From Paraglomus brasilianum (lineage: Eukaryota): DNA of 43,108 nucleotides. The stretch is from the NCBI GenBank assembly GCA_910592345.1, contig CAJVPI010000199.1, positions 1 to 43,108 of the forward strand, given 5' to 3'. Shown one piece after another: positions 10,038 to 21,450 of this stretch; position 1 is the first letter of the stretch; each line of letters opens with the position of its first letter. The notes beneath the pieces are model-generated. The model was not told where the DNA came from. It made no database searches and saw nothing but the letters and a program-made list of their open reading frames with translations. A program made the translations under genes and the position numbers.

Positions 10038-10620
10038 ATAGTTGCTTCAAGAAACAAGGGTCTTTCTTTCAGCCCGTATGCTCCTCCTGCATACAAGCAC
10101 AAATAGCCAATGTACCTATTTGCCAACTATCAAAACAACAAAATTGTTTTTTCATATTGACTGATATAATTGGTTACGTGTATAAAGCTTATTCTGTTAT
10201 GTGTTACCATCAACTTCTCTTTGTCATTCCTCATCAACTTTCAGCATCGTTCGTTCAATCCGCTCCCAAGTGTCCCGAGATTGCCCGGTAGAATTGCTCG
10301 GGCCTATCTGCATGCCGAATGAAGCATAAGGGAAAGATGCAAGATTGCTGCTGCTCTAAAGTCTTAAAAGCATCGGTATGCCGTTCTCTTTCTGACGGTA
10401 TCCGATGACAAATCTCAGTAACAAGTAAGGGCTTCCCATTCGTTACTTTGACCGAGTGTCTAGTTGGGGGGTCAAGCGTGCTACTGAGATGACTTGGTGC
10501 AGGACTCAAAAGGCTAATATCAAAGTGGGAGCTTTTATGCTTTCAAAGTCTTTGCATAGCGGACGGTACACAAACACGTCTTCCTTATGAAAATCATTCA
10601 ACAGAGGCGTTGACTTGGTG
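10038..10620. ncRNA. Candidate structured non-coding RNA of unknown class
   Basis: More than ten properly nested complementary segments in a GC-richer intergenic island with no credible CDS (see findings). I recognised no known ncRNA signature, and the strand is ambiguous. Confidence 0.5.
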
Positions 10621-11092
10621 TTACTAATTGACGCCCGCATCCAGAAGGACTAATTAGAAAATTTTCACGCTCTTTAAACCAGTTTTTTTTGTGATAATAA
10701 GGGTAGCACTATATACGTCTTTACCGATTAACTAATTTTGACATTGGTTGTGACTACTTATTAGGTAAATGTTTTACTATAAATATCAATGTGTGACTTT
10801 GGGGTTTCCTTAAATATAGTACCAATTTTGTCAATCGAACTTCAGGCATGCCATTTTTGCTTTTCTCTGATCTACTAATTAGCATTGTTGTCTCAAAACT
10901 TTAAATGACTTGGCGAAAAAAACGTAGTATTCCAAAGTAGAATTGTATCAAGAACCTGATTTCCATAGTTGGTAAGTTCGTACTACAAACCCGATCTTAT
11001 GATCATCCACAGTCCCAAATTTCCCTTCCACCACAGATCATATCTAATCTTAGCATATTTACCTTTGCATTTCAAACTCACGATCGCATCAA

Positions 11093-13149
11093 ATGCCCGA
11101 CATATACAATAATCAGCTTCTTGGAAACAATCAGATACTAAAGGATCAAAGACAAAACATAAAGATGAGCGGCCCGGAAGATCTTCCTACACCTACTAAT
11201 TCACAATCCACAGACGGCTCGGACGAAACTGCAAGGGCTTCGACACAAGATCAGACTCAATTTCAATTTGAGAGTCATACGGGAACTCTGGAAGTCGCAA
11301 TGGATGCCAGTCAGAACGACGAATGGGTAAGAACTTGTACAATGGTTTTACAGACGTGGTTTAAATTTGTGTATTGATCACAAAATAAAAAACTGCGCTA
11401 TTTAAGATGATGCTCTAGTAGTGTAATATTGTAAACGTTAATCTGTATGCTCACTTGGACACGAAATTACCAATAAACATAGGGCGATGAGGATGGCGAA
11501 TTCGAATTAGAGGAAGACATGTCCGAATCAGTAGTACCAACAGTTAATGCTGATAACGTAGTAAACGCCCCAGATCCGATTGTCAAAGGCGAAAACGAAC
11601 AGCCAAAATCAGGTAACTTTCAAGCTGCAACTCTTTCTATTTTACTTGTACTACGATGTATAGTAAACGTTTTGTATAGTGGAGAGTTTACCAGAAACCA
11701 TAAGATATGGCCGTAACGCGCACAAACCATCTATCAATATACCACATGATCCGGAAGAAGCGAGTAAAAATGAGTCGAAAGCCCCGCAATCACAAAGAAG
11801 AAAGTCTTCTAGTCGACCAAAGAGGGCTGCATCCAAATCACCAACTGGTGAGTACATTATATTGATCAGATGAATTATTGAATATACACCACTCATATCC
11901 TCTCTTTGCAACTTATACTATCAGCAATGAAACGTCCTCGTGATCAACCGCTCGCAGATGCAGATGACATTGTATGTTCTTTATGTCATGATGGGAAATC
12001 CCCCAAGCGTAATAGAATAGTCCTCTGTGATGGGTGTGATACTCCTTATCATCAACAATGTCATGATCCAAAGATTGACGACCAAATTGTAGACACTGCG
12101 GAAACCAACTGGTACTGTCACAAATGTTCTCAACTCAAACGGCGTAAATTGGCAACGGATGTTTCTGGACAGGGGATTAGTAAACAAACGGTAAGGAAAA
12201 GTTGGACAGCACAACGTCTACTTTAATAAACATTGGCTATACTGTGAGTTATATACGAGATAATAATAACGTTTTCTTGTTAAATTGGCTTTTTTTCAGA
12301 AATATTCGTATCTATACAGTTTACGGAAGGAAGATTTAATCGAACTACTCTTTTTTGCCGAAAACACAAGCCCTCGTCTGCCTTTTTATCCGAGTCGTTT
12401 AAGAGAGCGTATTGAAACGTTGTCTCCTCCGCAAGATCATCCACAAGCTTTTACTCCATCGGCAACTGTTTCATTAACGTTAGACAATATAAATGGAATA
12501 AAAGGTACGTGCGAAACAAACTCTCAAAGTCCTCCAACACAGCAAAGCGTATCCCCAATATCACCTACAATGCCGCTAACAACTCCAAATGGCGGCGAGG
12601 AGGAGAATAAGTACAAGAATGCCGAACTGCCCTCTTATGAAGAGATGATCGTGAGAGCTGCTACAGCAATAAACGATCCAAGTGGCAGTGCTCCTAAACA
12701 CCTGTTTGATTGGATGAATGCGTAAGTGCAATATAAACCCAAGTTGTAAAAAATTTATTCTTCATAGTAATTGGAAAGCAGAGTAAGACTAACGATGAAT
12801 TTCTAGTAATTACAAGCTTCACAAGAACTTTCGTGCATCGGCTTCTCAGGCATTACAAAAAATTGTAAAGAAGGGTCGTCTTATTCGAAATGGGAGTGCA
12901 TATAAAATCAATCCCGACTATATTCCTCCACAGGTAACAGCACAAGTAGTCGAATCGTTGTCATTGTTGTCCCAAAAAAATTAATCTATGCTAATGCATC
13001 ATTTCTGATGTCAATATTAGAATAATCGTAGGAATTCAAAAAAACCTTTGATAACTGATGAGCCATCATACAAAACACTTGCTGCTGATGCAATGGTTAC
13101 TCCTGAAAGTGAACCCAACGAAAATGCACTGTATGTGAGACCAAATTAA
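11093..13149 (+). CDS. PHD-finger protein (Phf1/Phf2-like) with C-terminal linker-histone H15-like winged helix; 7 exons
   Basis: Exons approximately 11093(or 11165)-11326, 11483-11612, 11680-11847, 11925-12190, 12300-12721, 12807-12933, 13021-13149, all GT-AG and in phase. PHD CSLC...IVLCDGCDTPYHQQCH...WYCHKC. H15-like PSYEEMIVRAATAINDPSGSAPKHLFDWMNANYKLHKNFRASASQALQKIVKKGRLIRNGSAYKIN. Confidence 0.88.
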
Positions 13150-13498
13150 GGGTTTATTGGCTTCGCGGGCTTAGCGTTAGTGACAATGGCGGATATTAAT
13201 TTGCAATTGTATGTCAGGGCTCATCCGTCACGTTGAATCTCTCATTGGATATTGTTCATTGTCGATTAAAGGGATTCCCTCATAGCAAATTGTCGTTGGA
13301 GAATATAGTTTTTCATATTTATACTCCATATATTTGGGAAAGCTTGTGGGGGAAAGGCAAAGATACTTCCAATGAATTTTTCTTTTCGAGTAAAAGAACT
13401 CTTGTATATATCGGTCATACACCATACGAGCGAATTAGGTTTTTATTTTTAATTGAAATACAAATCATGCAAGAAAGAAGAAACCAATGTGTGCCTTA

Positions 13499-16400
13499 TT
13501 ATCTCACCCTCCTCAATAAATAAAAGTATGCTTCGCTATGAGTTGGACCAGAAGTAGCGACGACCTTTTCATCATTGAAGAACACCCATTGGCCATCTTC
13601 TTGTACGTGAGCAACGTAATGACCACAATGAACAGAAGTGCCTTTATGTGAGATAACACATTGAAGAACATAGTTGGCGGGTAGTGTCGAGTCTGGAAAA
13701 TAAGAGCAATAGCTTAGCCAGGAAACGGAGCAAGACTTATTACTTGAAAAAGAAATATTGAACAACGACCTCCAAATTGCTGAGTAGCATTTTCCGTTTC
13801 CATTGATTCGTCCGATTCTTCCGTGTGATTAAACAGCCACTCTACTGCTCTCTCCGCATTATTATTCTAAACAAGTGACAAATTGTTAATATCTCGAATG
13901 AAAGTTAACGATGTAGTGAATTTGTCTACATTACCGTCTCTTTAAGTGCCTTAATCGCGCGAGCCCTCGAGAAGCCCATATCCATCATGTTAGCAACAAC
14001 CGCTTCTGGTGGTTCAGATGCACTTTGACCAGCAGCTTTTGATGTCTGAATAGGAGCATCGATATCTGAAAGGATAACAATAGTCGTTAAAATCGGCTTT
14101 CTTTATATACCTCCATTGATGCTACAAAGTTCTACGCTTTCATTGCCCATGGCCGATTCATATCATTATACATACCGGGATCATCCATGTGCCCAAATAT
14201 CCAGTTCAAAGCCGTTTCGGCATCTCTGTTGTCGGTAGCAATCAATGCCTTCTTGCAGCGTATTTCTGGGAATCCCATTAACAACAATTCATTCAACACT
14301 GCTCCATTTACTTGTGGCTCGGATGCTTGTTCTTCCGGTAGAAGCTTTTCCCCTTCCTGCAAACCACGCCCAATGTACTTGTCAAAGTTAATAGGACCGC
14401 TTGGAGGAATCACAGGGACGCCTGCGCAAAGATTGATAAGTGATACGTTAAATGACAAATCGAGCTGTTATATAAAACAAAATATTGACATACCTAATTT
14501 TCGTGGAACATAGTTAACATACTCAAATCGTCGCATCTGAACTGCAAGTACTTCTGGGAACGTTAAAAATCGTGTATTTCTAGAAAGTTATTATCAAAAA
14601 AAAAAAAAGAGAACATTAATTAACTATTCATTTGACACTACAATAGTACTAAAATGACGTCAAAGAACATACGATAGAGCTACAGTCGTCTTCTGACAAA
14701 TATGACAATTATACTCAACCATATTATCAGCAGAAAACGCATCCAAACACTCTGCAAGAGATATAGGTTCATACTGATCTTCTTCGCCTTCTTTTTTTTC
14801 TGCATTTTCAATCTTTCTTGCTGGGACAGGGATCGAGATAGTAGAATCAGTATGCTCTGAATACCGAACATGGTTACAACCTGTACACTGCAATCTTTGT
14901 TGACTCTTGAATTTGAAGATGCGTGTTGGATCCCCGCCTGTCGTCGCATGTTCATTTCGTTCTATTTTTGTAACCATATGTTGAAAGAATTCAAAAGCAT
15001 CCTACGTAGAGAATTACAGCGAAGAATATTTAATAACTCGATAGTTAAATCGCGTAGAGGACAATGGTCCATGCGGTGATCGACCATTCTAATTGTTGCA
15101 CTTACTTGCTGCCTCATGGTAGAAAACTCTTCATGTCCCTTCCCAACCAAACTCTTGAACATTACTGGTTTAATCCCTTCCTGTTTAGTTTGCTCTTTCC
15201 CGTCATCACCGATATACTTGACAGGATTCGAATACCTCCCGCTCAACAATCCATCGGCCATCTTTGCCATCTGACATTGCAGACACTCGGCTGGGTTATT
15301 CGTACAAGTAACAAAATGTTCCGTTGCATTCGGAAAGTATCTTGATCATTGAGATTCATTAGCTTTAATCGAGGGGGTGGGGGTAGTAGAAGAAAGAATA
15401 AAATATTGATTACCTCTGTTTAAATTCATCCAACGAGAAGATTGACTGCAATACAGAAGCCATATAACAACTTTTCCATGAAGCAAGAGCTAGTAAGTTT
15501 GTATATGTATATATATTCTTTTGCTTCTCAACTCTGAAAAATGAGAGCGAGAAAAATCTCGGAATAGAACAAAAGCTATAATCATTTTTACCTGTTCCCG
15601 AGATTTTTGATACCAGTATGACCAGGACCAAATAAAGGGTCGAGTTGTCTACCATCTTCTGTGACCATGCTGAAGTCAAATTTTAGGTTCTGTTCTAATT
15701 CCTAAATACCAGCGGTGGTATGTTAATGGTTAATACTACCAAGTTATAATTTCTAACGCGGATAAAATACTTGCCAGCTCCGTTATACTTTTTTCCATCT
15801 TCACTTGAGACGCGACATTAATCCCAAAATTAGATAAATGTTGTCCCAAGAGAGGATCAAGTCTGGATTCCCCACATTGATAGCAGAAAATGTCTAGTAA
15901 AAAGAGCAAAATCAGATATTAATACTGTAATGCTAAAACCTACATAAACACGGGGATTCTTTTAACATGTTATGTTTTTTTTTTGTTTACCTGCAGTGCC
16001 TTCTGGCGTGATAGTTCCCAGCTTACAGGAAACAGGATGCTTTGTCTTTTCGTAATGTGCCACACCATGACTATTCCCGGTAATCCCACCAAACTGTTGT
16101 CTGCCACATCCAAGGTTGCCACATGTCAAGCATAGCCATAGGTTTTCCTTTAGATCACAATCATTGCAATGTGCCAATGCTAGTCGATAGAATAAAATTA
16201 AATTGATAGAAAAAAATGAAATCGGCATAGTACAAGCGAAGAATAATGCCAGCTTACAAGTCACTCACACTGAGATTCTAAAAGAGTCTTTGGATCCTGT
16301 ACAAGTTGACGGGTATGATCACAAGTCACAATCTCCTGCTCCCACGCTTGAATTTCTGATTTCTTGGAAGCTGAAAGGGAGGTCATGACTGAATCTATGA

Positions 16401-17080
16401 TTATTGGTAACTAGAAAACACCGCAGGAGTAAGGAATTCAATATCAACAATGCATGCTTTTGTCGATTACCAAGGACTTTCTTTTGTGACAATACAACTA
16501 CTTACAATACCGCTAGTCTTATCGATCTCGCTTTCTCCGCAAGAATAACACTTGACTTTGGTGAAATATTCATATTTATCTTCTTCAGCTTCGGGGACAA
16601 TAGCCAGCTTGCTGATCTTTAGCGGCGGCTCTTCCTCATCATTAGCCTATGAACGACATTGATGTAAAACATTAAGATGAAAAGTTATTTAAATGCTGGA
16701 ACCAGTCGAATGTTCTTACTCTCTTGCGCTTCTCTTTTACGGTGCGACGTATGTTCAATGTCAAAGGATGGTTCGTTTTCTGGTAATGAAGCTTTGCATG
16801 ATGCCGATCATTATCCAGGCATCCAGCATTAAAGCAAGAAAGGCATACATCTATTCCCTGAGGCAAGTCCTACGAAATCACATAATCATATCGTGCAATG
16901 TTTCGATTCAATAATGCGTTTTCCGGTTATACTCTAAATGCATGTTCCCTGTAAATGACGCCAATATTGACTGAGGGATACCTGAGAATCAAAGCATTGT
17001 GTACATTCTTCCTTATGGATTTGTGTATTACGATCAGGAGGCGTCAGTTTTGTATTTAATACGTGTTCGCAGGCAGCCAT
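13499..17080 (-). CDS. UBP14: Ubiquitin carboxyl-terminal hydrolase 14 (USP5/USP13 family), multi-exon
   Basis: Starts MAACEHV...HKEECTQCFDSQ; N-terminal and UBP Zn-fingers (CNDCDLKENLWLCLTCGNLGCGRQQFGG); Cys box GIKNLGNSCYMAS; QQDAFEF; two UBA domains (LLMGFP, MDMGFS); His box HKGTSVHCGHYVAH...FNDEKV. Confidence 0.96.
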
Positions 17081-17700
17081 GGTTTTTGATCACAGGAGAA
17101 AGTATCGGAGGAATTATTTTTATAGGATATGATAGAATTCGTATGCTTTGTTGCGTAATTACGTTTGTGTTACACTCCCGCACGACCTTTGAATAGAGAT
17201 ATTTTTGTTAATTATAATCAGGGCTGTAAAGGAGTTAATATTAAATAATGGCTAGCTCGTGATTCGTGTTCCATGAGCAATAACGAGATATCAACTAGCG
17301 AGTGAGTAGTTAGAAGAGAAAGGTGGCGCAGTCTCATTTTTAGTATTGACCAAATTTATTAGCCATACTAAGAAAGTAATGCTGAATTATGGAATTGGCC
17401 GCCGTTATAGGAAATGATTTAATATTCATACTATTAATGTACAGTACATCAACGTCTACGAATTTCATACCTCGGTACGGTATGGAAATATAATTGCAAC
17501 CGATAGTATTCGGGTCAGAGTCTTCACAGCGATAATATGTGTTCACTGACATAGTCGTTAAAGAACGGAGGGGTGAAAATCAAGATAGTAAAGTTATAAT
17601 AAAGATTGGTAAGCGGATATGAAGATTAATTAATGCTAATTTGATTCATCTACTATGTATTGGCGTGATCTAAAGCAGTACATATTCTGAATTCGTAAAT

Positions 17701-20396
17701 CTAGATATCGTCGGGAAGAATAAGATCAAACTGTTTGCTGTCTAAAAACGAAAAGAAACAGTCAACCTTTATATCATTGCATTACGAATTAAAAATTTTT
17801 TTACCGTTTCCATACCTATAGACTGACAGCTATTTCTTGGTTGAGGCAAATCTTCTGTAGTGCGAGGTAGCAACTTGCTAGAATATTTGAACCCCTTCTC
17901 CACATTTGATAAGGGCTTTATGCTTTCATTGCAGTAAATGGCATTCCACACATTGTCATCAGACTTGCTATTCGGATCTTTAATAAGATTCTCAATATGC
18001 TTTCGAAGTTCTCTGGCAGTTGGACGCTTGTTGGGGTCAGCATCACAACACCTCTCAGCAAGGTTCCTATAAGGTATTGGCGCCGAATCGGGCATCATTG
18101 GACGTAGTCCATTACAGATGTCTCTCGCCAGATACTCATCAAACGCTCTATCTCTGAAAGGTGGCTCGCCACTGGCAACCAGATACATAAGAATACCAAA
18201 AGAATAGATATCTGATTCCTGAGTAAACTGGCGAGTATGAAAGACTTCCGGTGCAATATAAGGTAAAACACCTTGAATGGTTGAATTTGGCTTGGATGAA
18301 TCCACCGACTTGGAGAGACCAAGATCACATATGAATGTACGGTTGTTACCATTTTCACTACTCAATACTACGTTTCCACCATGGAGATCACAATGTATTA
18401 AATGTTGGTCATGAATAGTCAATAAACAGAGGGCAATATTTTTCACATATTGTAACTTCATCTTCCATGTTAGTTTGTTAATATTATTATGCAAGTAAGA
18501 CAAAAGATTGCCCTCGTTGGCATATTGCATTATAATCATATACTCTTCAGTCTCTGGTTGTTGTGTCACTCCGTAAATATCAAGAAATCCACCGTATATA
18601 GAACACTCCGAATGATTCCTGAACTATTTGGGAAATTTTTTATCAGATAAAACGTTGTCTACTTATTTATAATTAATAAGAGTACTCACCTCAGAGATAA
18701 ACAGTTCTGCCATTTGACCAAAACTCTTGAACTTTTTTAGAATAACATATTGATCAAATGACTTTTGCTTGGCAATATAGACCGTCCCATAACCACCTGA
18801 TCCAAGCTCTTCGATTTCATCAAAATCACAATATTGCACAAACTTGAACCCGCCATTCTGCACAAATCTGTCTAGAAGAGTATGTATATCATAGTGGAAC
18901 ACCAAATAATAATATCGAGTCGATGGCTCTTGAGTAATGCCAATTACCCAAAAATTATCTGTGGTTAATATTTCTGGATATTCTTTAGTTAACTGTTGGG
19001 AAAAATAATACAGTCGTTGCAATAATCATTAGTTTTATAGTACAAAAAATACTGTGTCTATATACTGAGAATGGCTCACCTGATAGAAATCAAATGATTC
19101 TGTGCTCTCTCCATCAACTATCTTCTTGAGCATCACTTTTATTGACCTATATTCATATGCTGTTGGTTCTAACCAATCTGCCATGTGTGTACATCCATGA
19201 TGTAATGCTGAAGTTTCTTGTACGTTTGTCAATTGGGAGTATTTTATCCATTGTATATAGCTATCAGTTGGGTGTATAATATTACTCCACGATTTCATTA
19301 TAAACGAATCCAATGACTCATTGCCCGAAGTCCAATCAAGACGGCTTGGTGCTTTACATGAACGACAGAATGCGTTTATTCTGGAATCTAAATACCACGT
19401 ACATGCCAGACATAACCCTCCTCCACGTTGTTCTTTAATTAGATAATACTTTTGCTTTATCGCATCATATGTAAATCCAAGAGTAATCCAAACGTTGGTA
19501 TCAAGAATATCTGGATGGTCGACACACAACTATTATAAAGCGTTTGTTACAAGTCAATAAAATAGACAAGGTAAATACATGCATAGACAAACCAAACCAT
19601 TTACCTTTTCAAAATATGAATCATCTGTATTATCTAATATCTCAAGCGGTATCAGATTCACATTGCGTTGTGCAGGCAAACCATGTAATTGTGTAGTTGA
19701 AAGTCTGTCAATTTTTCCAAGTCTCTCAAACGGAATCCATTCCAAGTAGGCTTCGTTTGCTGATTTTGTTTGCATTTGTGATTTCCTGATAAAATCGTCA
19801 AGTTTCTTATTATTGCTTGTCCATTCGTGAGATATTTCTTTATGACCGCAAATACACCACACGGGGCTGCATCTAAGTATCCCGCATGCGGTGCAGAATT
19901 CGTATTGAGAATAATAATGGTGAACTAGTCTCTCGGCCACGGCATAATAGTTATTTTCACACTTGGTAAACCCCTTTATCATGTAATTGCGACTGTCAAG
20001 CCAAGTTGAATATCTCCTGAATTGATTGATATTAGATGGATTTCTATATTTATGGGTTGGAAGTGAGTGGACCCTAGCAAAATTATGAATAGACTCTTGC
20101 GTGCAGACACCGTTGGTTCCCAGCAGTAAAAGCATTACCCTCACTTCATTGTTTGAGATATTGTCCCATGTCCGCTTGCGTTTAGCATAATAGATCGTTT
20201 GGTTATAAAAATTTCCAACTAATTCTATGTCTTTAAATTCCGAGTAAGGCATCCACACTAGGTGGTAATATTCCCATGCCGGTTCTCCATTATCGAGAGT
20301 TTTGGAGGATTCGATCAGTTGATCTATCGCAGGACATCTGTTAGCAGTCTCCTCAATTTGCAAACTTTTAATATTTGAAGCTAATGGCGATGACAT
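17701..20396 (-). CDS. Tyrosine-kinase-like (TKL) protein kinase with long repetitive N-terminus; about 5 exons
   Basis: ORFs 19554..20396, 19035..19529, 18663..19022 and 17769..18569 are joined by GT-AG introns. Motifs LGSGGYGTVY, VILKKF, HCDLHGGN, DLG, YIAPE, SDIYSFG. Last exon DSKQFDLILPDDI* ends at 17701. Confidence 0.92.
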
Positions 20397-21257
20397 TATT
20401 CAAGATATTATTATAGGGGTGTGCAGAAAACCCATGACGTCGTGCAAATTACCTAGCCATTACGGCCGTAGTTGCCAACACTGTAACGGGCATCGGTGAA
20501 TTCTTTTACCACCTATCGCATTGGCTCTGAGAGCTGCAAGTCTTTTTGCAACGGGATAATTCCCGGCCTTTTATTTTCTCGCCTCAGATTTAGATAGGTT
20601 TTCATATTTCAGCAGTGTTATCGGTAATTTGGCGGTCATCGTCTCTGCAGTTTGTATCGAGGAAACAACATAACTACCACTCCCGAATAACGACAAAAAC
20701 TGGAGTTTCGGATCGAATCTTAACAACAAAAATCATGACAAGCTTCTTTGTCTTCCCTAGTCTTTTTTAACATTTCCGTAATTTCGTTCCAAGTCTCTTG
20801 ATGCAGTGTAATGAGTGAAGTGAGTATGGTAGATTACTGTAATTCCTATATTAATAATACGTTACTACTATTCGGTTGGATAACTATGTATATGTCAAAT
20901 TCTTGGATGACATCTAGAAGCAATATTTAATATTGTCTGTATTTTATTACATTTCTACTTACATAGTCAAAAGTCTTAAATAAAATATTTATATTATAGC
21001 ATTGCATGCTGTAATAATAACTCCGTATAATAAAGAGCCTCTTGCATTGGTCGTCAAGAATATATCAGATCATGCTTCTTGCTAATAATTGGGAACACTT
21101 AGGAGCCATCTACTCAAGCAGCTCACCTTAGCTGCGCTTAATAAAGGACACACAAAATCAGAGCCATCTACTCGGGAATGTTACTATTACTTAGTTTCTA
21201 CCATAAAATACGTCCAATATTGGATATATTAACACACATGCCAGTATAGTGACTAAA

Positions 21258-21450
21258 AAGATCGGACCTGGTGTTATGGAACAGTTTATACTGCCAAGTA
21301 TAAGGAAGAGAAAGGCATATACCAGGAACTGCTGTACTCAACGGTTTAAGAGGTTTGATGAAACGCCAGAATTATTTATTTCCAAGGTGGTATTAATTAA
21401 AGCGATATTTAATCTGACTCTGTATTTATTTTATTAATAGTTCAGAAGTG
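21258..21450 (+). pseudogene. Kinase N-lobe relic, inverted relative to the neighbouring kinase gene
   Basis: With frameshifts reads KIGPG.YGTVYTAKYKEEKG...RFKRFDETPELFISK, versus GSGGYGTVYIAK...KKFKSFGQMAELFISE in 18663..19022, and is followed by a GT at the same intron position. Confidence 0.75.

Noticed and set aside
10255..10509. 84-aa minus-strand ORF as a protein gene
   Set aside because: Non-ATG start, no recognisable domain or splice context; the region is better explained by RNA structure.
10201..10620. RNase P/MRP, U3, SRP or group I intron identity
   Set aside because: Only isolated partial motifs (AUGGGAA, GAAAG, UUGAUGAG) that are not in the required order; no P4 pseudoknot or P/Q/R/S set was found by eye.
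16871..16981. U12-type (minor) intron in UBP14, donor GTATCC
   Set aside because: The donor is GTATCCCT rather than GTATCCTT, and there is no TCCTTAAC-type branch site.
13228..17196. Short ORFs antisense to or out of frame with UBP14 (similar ones overlap the BTB, PSS and 24881 genes)
   Set aside because: Shadow ORFs of real exons with no independent support.
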